A stretch of 64,000 nucleotides of DNA from positions 5,146,001 through 5,210,000 of the forward strand of contig CM007991.1 in assembly GCA_002189035.1 (NCBI GenBank). The letters are read 5' to 3'. The position numbers were made by a program, and so were the translations under genes. The stretch's first letter is position 1. The number at the start of each line of letters is the position of its first letter. The DNA comes from Utricularia gibba (taxonomy: Eukaryota > Plantae > Magnoliophyta). The notes under the pieces are model-generated. The model worked only from the letters and a program-made list of their open reading frames with translations, made no database searches and was not told the DNA's origin. This document shows, piece after piece, positions 13,011 through 24,924 of the stretch.

Positions 13011-13708
13011 AGGAGCCCAACAAAAAGTGGAGGGATGACAATGGCAAAAATAAACAATATGAGTCACTCGATGAGCTCCTTTGTCATAAGCTAAAGGGAT
13101 CAAGTTGTCATTATGATAACTATTTTAAGGAAATAACAATTATTTTTCCCCAAATTATTGATGAAATTGCACTCTGAAAAGATTTAATCTGATAGTTAGT
13201 TAAAAGGGGAAAATTCATTATCATATGATTGTACAAGTACATAAGGAGGGGAACCAGAGAGGTGGAGGACTTGTGGTAATTTGGAAAGAGAAACCAGTGC
13301 TAAAGTAAAAATAGAGCTTCTCCAAGAATCTTCATATATATTTTAAAGTTTTTTTTCCTTCTTTTTAGCAGAAAACCATTTAACCCTTAGTTTTCATCAT
13401 CTAAGTAATTAAAAATATTAAATGTAACTTAAAGTTAATTTGTAAATAATTTTCAAAATGAAAGTAGTTTACAAATGTACAAATATAATTTCAGGTAAAT
13501 GGAGGGTTCTCGCCCGAGTTCCCGGCCTATCGATAACTTGCCATACACAGCCTCACTTTGGGATGACTACTGCACTGCTTACAGTACACAAAGAATGATG
13601 TGGTTGCTGACGACTAAAAATAAAGAAAGAAATAGCTCCCCGTCCCAGTCCCAGTTAATGGATGGCTGCACAAGATTCTTCTGGCTTGAGCGAGCAGCAG
13701 CATTCCAT

Positions 13709-16700
13709 TCAAGGATTGAACAGGCTCGAGTTGTAATCTATGTTGAGAGCTATGACAAGTGTGATGCTCGTGGCGACAGCAAGCCACAACAATGCTACCC
13801 CTGCAAGTACCAACCCCTACTGTACTCAAAAACCAAATAACTCTTTGCATGCTTTGCCTTCGGTCGTAAAACAGCCTACCTTGAGAAGAAACTTGCACTC
13901 CATCTCCATCACTCTTGCTGCTGCTGCTCTTGATTGGGTTATCCACAGTTGCATCCATTGTCATTATATCCCGGAACTCATCGCTTACTAACAATTTCGT
14001 AAGGACCTCCACCAGTGATTCTTCCTTGGTATTCATAGGCTGCTGCCCACTTCTGGCATCCAAATCTTCAGTGTCAGAAACCTCGTCCTCAGACATGTCA
14101 CCGTTTCCAGACGCTTTCTCAAATCCCTCATCCTCTTCATCCTCGACGTAAGCTTTGTATGTTAGACGCAGTAAAATTTCCCCAGCTGACACATTGCCGA
14201 ACAGGTCCCATCCACCTCGGAGAGGCACCACCCTATCCGCTGGAACCGTATCCTTTAGAGAGGAAACATCAACCTGCCCGTACAATCAGATAAATTATTA
14301 CGCTGTTTCATTCCGCAATCAGCTAAAACATATAAAGAAAGGAATCTCAAGATAAATAGTTTACAAACGAAGTTTCCTAGGGGGACTAGAACTGAAAGGA
14401 TCCATCTTATGTTAATAACCATCATTTCCAGTTGCACAAAGAGGAAAAAAAAATGAATGCAGGAATAATCTCACCTCACCATTACCAACAGTTAAATTCA
14501 TGAATCCAACAGAGTCTCTGACTTCAATGTGTAACTTTTCTTTCCTGTAATCAGCTACCAACATGTGGAAATCCTGCAGGTTGAAGCATTTGAGCGAATT
14601 AAATAGATGTCACAATGCATCCCAGTTATGTCTTAACAAAACCTGATTCCAGATTGGTTCCCCGGGCGGTCCAATAACTGTAGTTTGGCTATTCTTTTTA
14701 CTTTGTATCACTTGATCACCCAGTCTTAAGATGACATAGGGATCTGTTCTCCCTGTAGCACCAAAGAAAGGAAAACAGACATGTGAAGAAATGCAGCGGG
14801 AAATACCATGCTGTTCAATAACCGACAGTGAATATTGAAAACAGAGAAGAAATATCCTTGCTTTCCAAACACTTCATACCATAAAATAAATATTTGAGTT
14901 TTCTTGCATCTAAAAGAGTCAACGACAACTCCCCAACGAAATTCTTATTTCCTTCTTGAATTTCACCAGATTTCAGATCATCTGGAAAAGGCCCAGAAGC
15001 CTTCCCTTTATGAAAATCTAGAACTATTTTCTTAGGCCGCACAAATAGCTTGGGCAAATCCTCAGTGAGGAGCTTTGTCAGAAACCTGTCAGCCAAAATG
15101 AGTTCAATTCCTACAAGAAAACTTCTGAATCTGATAGCTGTAATGGCAGCATTTGGTAATCACTGAGCCAAAAAACAGCTAGCATAATGAAAGTAGTGAC
15201 ATAATTCAGGAAGAAGGCAATGGCCAGGAAACATACTTGAGTTGAAATAGCAAGCAAAAATATAACACGCACAAAGATAAAAAAGCATGACTGCACATTC
15301 TATGTAGATATAATTTTACAGGCAATACTTAATAAAGAAAGCGATGACCTACATTGAGAGAACTGGTATGGCTGATTGTCCCAGGTACACAAAAGACACA
15401 TCAAAGAAGAAAGTCAGTGTTCTGCAATACGAATGATAAAACATATGAAGTAAAATGAATAGCCTAGCTATATAGGCAGGGCTTAAAAGTTAAAATCAAC
15501 CTAAGCTGTAGAAATAGAGCATAAATGTCAAGATATTTTTTGCCTAGTTTCAAACATAGGATGTCCAAGTTTCAAATGCTGTGCGGAGTGTGTATCACAT
15601 GCACATATTATATGAATGATGGAAAAATAATAATAAAAAAATTAAGCTAAGTCGTACCCATCAGATTGAATAACCGAAAAGGAGATAACTCAAACTTGAT
15701 TTTTGGAAGAGATACAAAGGCCCATGAAACAGCTCCCACCCATGGCTCCATTGGTATCAGTCGCAGTTTGACCCATAGTTCCCCATCAATATCAAAATCT
15801 CGAACTCCAACAGGCACAGCTATGGGAAGTGCGCTGAATTTCAGAGATAAAAGCAAAAGCATCCGTGCATCACCCGTGTAGCGGAGACTTATCTGGTATC
15901 TTTATGCCACATGAGGAAAATATTGATTAGCATCCGGGAATGTCAGGGGAAGACATCAATACAGATATCAAAATGATAGTTGCAGGTGCCAATGGGATCC
16001 CATTCAATCTTCCCTAAAGCCATTTGTTCTTCAAGACCACTTAGACAGCATATAAGATTTAGAGTTTTCCATGCCTCCCATTTTCGTGGGAGACATTATG
16101 AACAACAAATAACTCGTATGGAAGGGGCAAAGCACTTACTGCAAGTCATTCGCACGGCGAGAGGTTCTACGTTCAACACTCCTTACTGACAATGGCTCAT
16201 CGCCTAGGGAGAACTGCTTGATCACAACTCTTCTTACATAATCCGGCTTCTTCAGATTGTCAATCACAGGCTGCAGCAATCCAGTGATCCAGTTCTCAAT
16301 CCTGCCTCGGTAAACTTTCCAAAGCTTCCCTAAAACCATGTTCACCCATTCAACAGACTCTTTCCTCTGCAAATCCTTCTCCAGAAGCAAAGACAGACTA
16401 GACGGTACAAGTGGCCTATCACTAATTATGGAGCTCCTCTTTTTAGTTACCCACAGCTTATCAAAAACCACACCCACGAAAAAGAATAGCGCAAAAAGAC
16501 CTAGAGTTTTTCTATTCATCGGAGGAGAAGGAAGAGGATGAATGACACCCAGCTGATTTCTCAGCTTATCTACAATAGGGTCCTCAACAAAATTTGAACT
16601 ATAATTATCTACATTGACCGATAAAGAAGAACACTTTAGTGCCTCTTCATTCAGAAACCGCTTCAGGACTATGTTTTTAGTGCCCTTGCCAGCAGCTGCA

Positions 16701-16927
16701 TTGAAGTTTGGTTCTGGATTTCCACCAATGTTGCATGCTTGGGCTCGAAGAAGAGCCCACTTCACATCTTTAACTATTCCTATCCTTCTACCGCATATAG
16801 GAGCAGCATCAGCGCAAGGGCATGGGCTGAGAAAAGGCCTCTGAGATACGGTAAGCAAGAAGCTTGTATTCCTCAGTAACAAATCACAGCGAAGTGGTGA
16901 CGCATTGACCGACGGCTGCAAAACCAT
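13709..16927 (-). CDS. NTMC2T5: SMP-domain + C2-domain membrane-contact protein (NTMC2T5 / tricalbin-3-like), 8 exons, 649 aa, intact
   Basis: Exons 16927-16140, 15899-15658, 15371-15353, 15085-14880, 14752-14643, 14573-14475, 14273-13880, 13800-13709. All introns GT-AG, phases close, 1950 nt total. Motifs EDPIVDKLRNQLGVIHP, TM LFALFFFVGVVFDKLW, LEKDLQRKESVEWVNMVLGKLW, SMP DFDIDGELWVKLRLIP, C2 GRTDPYVILRLGDQ, C-terminal TM ALLWLAVATSITLVIALN..FNP*. Confidence 0.96.
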
Positions 16928-17489
16928 TAAATAAAAGCAAGCAATTTGAATAAAAGGGGCAGTTACGACATGAAAACATGGACTAACTCCAGAAATTCAG
17001 GAACCCAGTTTTTGCTCTTGTCTGGGAGTCTCTACGAAGAGCAGACGGGATTCCCAGACAAGGAAGAGACTGGAATGTGGTGGGGTAAACTCGATAAGTT
17101 ACATTCCCAGACCTGTTTCAAAGAAAAAGAAAACGCAATTTGACCCCCAACTTTTATGGAAATTTGAAATCTTCCCAACCATCATTTTCGTTTTTCAGCC
17201 ATCTAAACTTTAAGAATGTGAACGAATTTTTAATAGAATGCACAATGTGTAATAATAATTTATTTTATAAATAATTAAAATACCCTAATACTAAAAATAC
17301 AAATATTTTTTGGTTTCTTTATATTAAACTCATAATATCAAAGCCTAAATTATTCAAATAATTTATTTGAAATATAGTCATCAATATCATAAATTCATAT
17401 AATATGTTCATAAAATAACAAGGATATTATAAATTTATATAATATGATTTCTTTTGATTTAAAAAATAATTGATTTTAGATAATTTAAG

Positions 17490-17900
17490 ATATATACCTG
17501 GTGACGGTTTAGAAAAATTACAACAATCATTAGATAAAAATTCTTACTAAATCCAACTATCATGATAAAAGACTTCATTTCCAATCATCATAATATAAAA
17601 CTCATATTAAAGTCAAACATTGTAAGTATATTATGTGTTAATTCATCTTTGCACTCAATTAAAGAAACACAATATTCTGATATAATGGAATCTCGAATGT
17701 GCATTACATCAATTGTATGAATGCTATAGATAATATCTGTAATAAGAATAAATATAAGCATTAGTTGAAATATAATATGTTTAAGGTTTAATCCAATCTA
17801 GATCTATTCCAACATAATAATTACAATAATATTTTTGAATATAATAGAAAATATATACAACATATATATTGAATAACAACAATAATAGGAACATTTCCAA
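17490..17900 (-). pseudogene. Ancient PIF/Harbinger transposase relic
   Basis: Minus-strand HTIDVMHIRDS..LTHNILTMFDFNMSF, HDSWI and NFSKPSPG|gt recur in the order of Harbinger AIDGTHI..TQNVLA.CDFDM.F, HDSRIL, FP.PPPG. Many stops. Confidence 0.5.
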
Positions 17901-18919
17901 CTATAATTAAATTGCGATACGCGATATCACCATAGGAGGCAAGGCCCAGTGGGAGGGTACGAAGTGATACAATGTATGTTAATGAAAGGGTTAAATGTCA
18001 AGAACAGTACAAATGAATCCAAAAGGGGTTTAGCTTTCTTTTTTTTAAGTAGGATCAATTTGAAAAAAGTTCCTCTCTCTATACCATAATTTGAGAAATA
18101 GTCATCCTTTAAAATTTCTTTATAAAACTGCCTAAAATTTTTTAGAGATAGAATCTTGGATTTAATAGAATATGTTGGTAGGTATTATATTGATCTAAAA
18201 TTTTTTTGCAAACAAAAAAATTTATAATTTTGAAAAGTATGATACATAATCAGTTGGATACTGTTGCCATTCTATTGAATGATTTACAACATTGTAATAA
18301 TAACTAAGATCTATAAGTTAATGAAATAATAGTTGAAAGCGAAGATATAAACGAGGAAGAAGAAATTGAATACAACCTTATGAATTATGAGTCAACTAAT
18401 ATTATGCATACATCATAGGTGTCTCTCTCTTTTTTTTTTTAATCACCAATGGACGTACAAAACGAAGATCTATATTCTTTGAATCTCTCATATTATGTTA
18501 ACTTGGTACAATATGGGACCCTGGTATTATTGTGAAAAATCAACATAAGAATTTAAAAATCTATGACAAAACGAGAATCAACTATGTTTTTTGATCTTCT
18601 AAACGCATTATTTAAGCATTTCGCTAGTGTTGCATGATGATCATAATTGAAGGTACAAATTTATATTCACAATACTCTCAAGTTATTGGGTCTTTACAAT
18701 TGTCAATAGTGAAAATGATGATTAATGACATTGATTTATTTAATTTTTTAAATAACATGTTATTGGTAACAGAATATATTGCGTTATATCATATTGATAT
18801 TCCTCATTAGAAAACACAATATTAATGATAAGGGCGGGCATGCACGTTTGCTTATGGAGGTTTGCATCAACAATACATATCTTATTTGCACTATAATTTT
18901 CTAAGAAACAATTGATACT

Positions 18920-19450
18920 CCGAAAATGTGTTTTCCCCACTATTTCAAATCATTTATGTTTAGTCCCTATTGTTTCAAAATTAGAAAAAAATATAGTCCC
19001 TCCTATTTACACTAACAAAAAAAATTTATCTCCAATTTAAAACCTTAATTCTTTTTTCTGTAATTCAATTTTATTATTTCCGATCGACCTTCGGTTGGCA
19101 GCGACCAGGCGGGGGGCAGCACTCGTGGGGATCATTGTTGAAGCCTTGCGCCGAGTGTAGGAGCCGTGGAGTGGCAGTGGGGCACGCGGATACGGGCTTC
19201 TGGCGGCAACGTGCTTAATGCGTATGGGGTCAAACCAATACGTTCCAGGGACACTGTTATTATACACTAGTCGGAGAATTATTATTGAACAATACAGATC
19301 AAATACATCTACTTTTTAAATATTTATACAGCAGAGAAAAAATGATGGAAATAAAGAGGGAACTAAATATGTATACCATGTCAAAAGTTGAAAATTAAAT
19401 ATGACAATTTTAAAAATTATGAGGATTTATACTGCTGATCACTCGTCATA
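18920..19450. mobile_element. Possible degenerate Pack-MULE-like element carrying a GC-rich insert (19081-19275)
   Basis: MULE-like tttagtccct motifs on the left (~18959, ~18996) and an inverted agaggggaactaaa on the right (~19356). A ~190-bp GC-rich core sits in very AT-rich flanks. No TSD found. Confidence 0.35.
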
Positions 19451-19749
19451 TAATATTATAAAGTTAATAAAACTATTATTCATTTTAAAAATATCTATTT
19501 GAAAAAAATATCGTAAATATATAAAATATCGGCATTTTGGCTTCTCGCTCTTCCACACTCAACAACTCACAAAAGAAGAATAAAGAAAATCAAAATCAAT
19601 ACTACATAAAACGGCAGTTATGGAGTGAGTCTGCACCCAAAAAAAGACACCCGTGTGGGCAAGACATGGTTCACTGCAACTTGGACGGCAAGCGGTAAAC
19701 AAATTCCCAGCAAAACTTTTATAGAACCCAACTCCGTACTTGGATCGGA

Positions 19750-22700
19750 TCACTCATCGTTGAATGTAGTCTTTTTCCCCGACGCAGAGATGGTTGGCTT
19801 GCTAAAAGATCCGCGGCCACGCCCCCGCCCGCCATCACGCCCACGGCCGCGCCCTCCAGAGAATCGCCCACCGTCACGCCCACGCCCACCCCCACGATTC
19901 CTCCCCCCAGAACGACCACCGCTTTGGAAATCCCTTCCGCCACCAGACCCAAAATCACCTCTAGGCCTGGCCTCCTCCACCGTCAACGTACCATTCCCAA
20001 ACTCTGAACCATTCAGCTCCAACGCTTGACCAAATGCACCAGCTTCCTTGAAATCGATGTATGCAATCCTGAAAGCGCAAATAATTTTATAATATGAGCC
20101 ACTTCAAACTCTTGACTGATATGGTAGAAGAGAACCGTACCCCTTAACGGCACCCTCTGGATCTTTTGGAACAGAAATTCTAGTAATCTCACCACAACCA
20201 CCAAAAAACTCTTCCAGGGAACTCCTTATCTGTATTACTCATTGAAAATACAAATGATAAACCTGCACTAAAAACAATGCACTAAATATAGAGCAAGTGA
20301 TCACATTAAACCTAACCTGGTCTTCACCATCATTCTTTCCAAACCCACGAACGAATGCAGTTTGGCCTAAACTTCTTGCTCCTCTCGGAAATGGAGTATC
20401 TCTGCCACTGAAAAATTATCTTTTAATCACATTAGAAAAAAAAAAAAAAAAAAGGACTGTGTTGCTTTGGATGGGGAGGATGGTAGAAGTCATACCCACT
20501 TTGTGGGGTGTTATATCCCCTCTCTCTTGCATAATCAATTTTCACCGGACGTCCAAGCAAATCTTTACCGTTAAACTGCTCAACAGCCTATAAAATAGAC
20601 AAATAAAAGTAAACTCCATGTCACCCAAGCAGATTCTAGGAAGAAGTTGAAAGCTAAATACCAGGTTTCATCTAGTTGTTACCCAAGTTTTACGAATAAA
20701 CATATAAAAGTCTAATCAGTGTGATCATACCTTCTTTGCAGCCTCGGCAGAGGAGAACTCAACATGCCCAAATCCCCTAAATGAACCATCCTGGTTCATG
20801 GAAAAGCGCACATCAATGACTTCCCCAGCAGGCAGGAAGAAATTCTCGCTGCAAAAGAGAAGTATGCACTGTGAGAAGCAAACTGGAAAACGGTCTTAGA
20901 AGATATGCCAGTCGTTCTTACATATCAGCTTGCTCAACGGAGAAGGATAGATTCCCAACAAAAACCGTCTTTGCACCTTCAGCTTTTACAGTCGGTGGGG
21001 TCTTTGGTTGCTGGGAGCAAGTACCATTAATTAGAATGAGAATATTATTACAATCCAAGCTTACAGAAATCAACTGACAACCTTTTCAGCAGAAGGCCCA
21101 TTCTGTACATTAGGCTTTGTAGCCAAAGCCTCGGTCATCTTCACATCAGCATTCTGTTTAAATGACATGGGTTGGCTTAGCTTGTTCCACAGAATTCAGT
21201 AGATTGCCAAAGTCAAGGTCATGGGAGTAGAAACTCAAACGCATTAAAAACCAAGCCCATCTGTAAAGCGTTTACCTTTTTCGTTGAGGCATTAGGTGTT
21301 TTCGTCTCTTCTTCTGATGAGCTATCATCATCCTCTTCTGAGGAGTCATCCTCTGAGCTGCTTTTCGCAGGTACCTTCTGAAGGAATTAATAGAAATACT
21401 GATTCAGCGAGCTAACGTCAAGAATTGCTAAGTTACATTCTTGTTATTTCCAACCACCTTTATTGTTTCCTTTTCCACTTCTTTCTCTTCATCGCCCTCT
21501 TCACTACTGCCATCCTCCACAACATCGTGAGATTTTACTTTTTTCTTCTGAGGCTCCTCATCTTCACTTTCATCATCATCATCAGATGACGATGGCTTCA
21601 CCAAATATAAAAAGGCAAGTTGTCAATGAAACACCTCTAGAAAAATTATGTTCAGGTTTGTTTAGCATGAAACAAAGGAGAATGCCAATTCACATCTTAC
21701 CTTGCTAGACTTTTCTTTTTTATCTTCTGATCAGCTGATTCCTCATCAGAGCTATCATCATCACTGCTGGATTCTCCTTTCTTTTTGGTCACGCTTGTAT
21801 GTTCATTTTTAGCAGCTACTGCAGGAGCATTTGTTGTTTTTGTAGGCAAATCATCATCCGTACTGGTTTCTTCTTCAGATTCAGATTCATCACTCAGCTC
21901 CTTCCTAGGCTTAGCTGATGAAGGTGCCACCTTAGGCAGGACTTCACGAATTTTCTCAGCCACTACAGGAGCCGTTTTAGTTTTTGGAGGAGAATCATCA
22001 TCAGTACTAGTTTCTTCAGATTCGGATTCATCACTTGGCTCCTTCATAGGCTTAGCTGCTGAAGGTTCCACCTTAGCTGCACGAGTCACTGCAGCCTTAT
22101 CTTCTTCATCAGAACTAGAATCATCCTCACTTTCTGAATCAACAGGTGCGTTCTTCTTTGTGGGGGCAGGAGCAGCTTTCACAGGGGCTTTGACCTCCTC
22201 ATCAGAATCATCTTCAGAATCAGAGTCGTCACTAGAATCGTCTTCATCCATAGGAACAGCTTCACTTGTCTTCTGTACTGTCACAGCAGGTTTCTTCGTT
22301 TGAGCGGCATTGTCATCAGAGCTGATTTCCTCTTCAGATTCATCGCTTGAGGTTTCTTTCTTTCCATTATCAATATGACCATTCTTTGAAGCAGTTACTG
22401 TCTTTTTGGTATATACTGGCTTAGTCTAGTACAAAGGAAACAATTTAACAATTAAAAACCAAGAAAAGGCGAAGAGATAAATAATCGATAAATGCACTGC
22501 ATCAAGGATGCGTAAAAAAATAAATAAATAAATAAACCTTGGTATCCTCCGATTCCGAAGTTTCTTCCTCAGAGGAATCAACCACATTTTTTACCACCTT
22601 TTTCGGTGCCTTGACTTCTATCTTCTTTTCCACGACCTTCTGCTTCTTAGAGCGGACTATATCCTTCTCCGCATCATTTTCTGCTTCTCGTTTACCTACA

Positions 22701-22975
22701 CGCGTGAATCCATCATAAAAAATGCTTTAGATGAGCCCCTTCCATTGAATTGGATTGAAAAATCATTCTCGCCGCAAAATAAAAAAAGAAAAAGACATAA
22801 AGGTACCTTTTTTCAAAGGTTTAGGGGGCTCGGCCTTAACGACATCCTCAGCCTGCGAATGTTAGAGAACAGGTAAACCTCCGGGAATAACTTGCAGAAA
22901 CTAAAATTCTGAAGAAGTATGCCGCACCTTTTTTTTAACGACCTTGACAACGGAACTCTTGGAGGATTTACCCAT
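19750..22975 (-). CDS. NUCL: Nucleolin (acidic/Ser repeats, 2 RRMs, C-terminal GAR/RGG), 13 exons; apparent -1 frameshift at 21716-21721
   Basis: Exons 22975-22943 (MGKSSKSSVVK), 22852-22807, 22695-22538, 22425-21701, 21595-21458, 21377-21276, 21153-21082, 21010-20922, 20848-20731, 20587-20496, 20407-20317, 20229-20141, 20068-19750. RRM1 KTVFVGNLSF..RGFGHVEF, RRM2 TAFVRGF..GIAYIDF, RGG tail and SGKKTTFNDE*. The sum is 2072 nt, one short of a multiple of 3. Paralog identity not determinable. Confidence 0.92.
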
Positions 22976-23068
22976 TAGACGGTTATGGATCCACGCCCCA
23001 CCCCAGAAGCTGAAGCACAGAGGGCGGCGACGAAATTGCCGTAAGAGAAACCCCGCAAAAATACTAGC

Positions 23069-23179
23069 TAGGGTTCCTGCAACGAAGATATTTGCTTTGC
23101 GCCCTCAAATATATAGGGAGGAGGCGGGATTAGGGTTTGGAGTATTCCCTCTTTCCAAGTTTCAATTCGTTATTGGGCC
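23069..23179 (-). promoter_or_regulatory. Nucleolin core promoter: TATA, telo-box, site II motif
   Basis: TATATA at 23110-23115. Telo-box AAACCCTAA (minus strand) at 23130-23138 and a second telo-like motif at ~23069. TGGGCC at 23174-23179. The telo-box + site II combination is typical of plant ribosome-biogenesis genes. Confidence 0.75.
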
Positions 23180-23553
23180 TGTTTTACATGACTTTTAAGT
23201 TAATGAATTTATAAGTCACTTATAAGTATGTAGTATTTGATTTGATATATGTATTAAAAACTTAAAAATTAAATTGTCAGAATTTAAATCTCTTAAGTTA
23301 TTCTTTTGTTAAATACTATTTTATCCCTTATTATTAACTAAGTGTAAATATGAATATTTTTGTTTAATAAGCATATATTAACATTTTATGGTTATAAAAT
23401 ACATTTAAATAAATCTAAATATTTTGATTCTTGAAATTATAAATTTTTATTAATTTAATACATATATATATATATATACTAAATGTAACAAAAAATTAAA
23501 ATAACATATTTAAATATCAATATATATAACACACATCATTATACATAAAAGTA

Positions 23554-24839
23554 CTAGTTATTTGATACTATGGATGCACAAATTGCATCATGAACAGCAT
23601 TCATATATCCATCTGGGGCTTGATCAGCAAAAGATTGTGACTCAGCTCGATTTGCCACTGTTTCATGCTCAAGTGTCCATTGGTCTCATTCAAAATAATT
23701 GAAATCCTGATCATTTTGATCAATTCGCCGTATAAAATTGCATATAGCCATTGTTGCTGGTACAAGTAACACTTGATCTTTCCAGGAAATCCCCCATGGG
23801 AGTTGTGTAATTGTGGAGAACTTTGCTTTCCAAATTCCAAAACACCTTTCGATTACTGAACGGAGTGATGAATGACGGTGGTTAAAACACTCCTTTGATG
23901 ATCTCATATGAGGATTCATATGATATTCTTCTAAATGATAACGTTGACCTCTGTATGGTGTTAGGAAAAAAACTTCATTTGTGTACCCAGAATCAGCCAA
24001 GTAATACTTTAATGGTGGGGAAGTGGGAAACAAAATTCATTATTGCCCTTCACCATCCTTAAAATCGAATTGTCATGTAGAGATCCTTCAAAACCAGCTG
24101 CTACAAATGTAAATAGCATTGAAAAATCACATATAGCAAGAATATTCTGGGTGGCATATCGATATTGACCAAAAAATGGACGTCGTTTATTTTTAGATAT
24201 ATTCGCACGGATATGAGTTCCATCGATTGCCCCCGCAGCATCCTACAATACAAAAACAAATTCATTTAGAAAATAATACTAAAATTATTACAGAAATATT
24301 CCAAATATCAATTACCTTAAAATAAGGATAAAGCCTTCTATCATTTTGAATCTTATCTGGTATTAATGTCATGTTTGTGGGACATATAATCTCATTGGCC
24401 ATCAAGGCACATGCATCAAGAACATTATGGAAATTCCTACTTATAGTATAACCAGATCTTTGAAACCATTCTTGAAGTTGTCGATTTCCATTTTTAAGTC
24501 CCATGACCATTAAAAATGTTGCCACTTGTTCTTCAACAGTCACAGTTCGAGATGAAAGCAAGCCATATTTTTCATTAAGTATGGCACACAAACGAAGAAA
24601 AGTATTACGTTCCATCCGAAGTAATTGATAAGAACGTACCCAGTTACCATCTAAGATATTTCTTAGTCATTCTGCTCCCGACATTTCTCGATCTCGACAA
24701 GGATTACGAGTGAAGAAGACGCTGTATAAATTGGTAACTGTTTGAAGTAGCCCCGATAGTAGGGATTGCAACTCCTTCTCAATACGGAGTGTTCATCACT
24801 AGAATCATCTGGTCTTTCAGAACTGCTGCTACTAGACAT
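23554..24839 (-). pseudogene. Harbinger DDE transposase (HARBI1/DDE_Tnp_4-like), disrupted
   Basis: Exon 24839-24316, intron, then exon from 24242. Triad GAIDGTHI / YLADSGY / VIERCFG is present. Frameshift near 24780, TGA at 24667-24669 (SGAE*L), frameshift near 24030, TGA at 23686-23688; natural end YMNAVHDAICASIVSNN* at 23554. Confidence 0.9.
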
Positions 24840-24924
24840 AGATGAACTTGCACTAAAGCTTACGAATGCTGTGTGAAGAAGACCTTTGCTGTGTTCATCA
24901 TTTTATAATTGGAGGGTGGCGTGC

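Noticed and set aside
13614-13879. Extended C-terminus in ORF 13614..14285
   Set aside because: It is read-through of a 79-bp GT-AG intron (13879-13801). The spliced frame gives the expected TM and FNP* ending.
21785-22303. 172-aa plus-strand Ser-rich ORF
   Set aside because: Antisense shadow of the low-complexity nucleolin exon 4.
20588-22942. Intronic snoRNAs in nucleolin introns
   Set aside because: The introns are short, and in those I inspected by eye I saw no convincing C/D box pair with a terminal stem or H/ACA layout. A snoscan/Infernal run would be decisive.
23130-23138. Interstitial telomere repeat
   Set aside because: A single TTAGGGTTT unit in a promoter, best read as a telo-box.
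23461-23478. (TA)n microsatellite (also ~59908-59924) and poly-A runs
   Set aside because: Short and ordinary.
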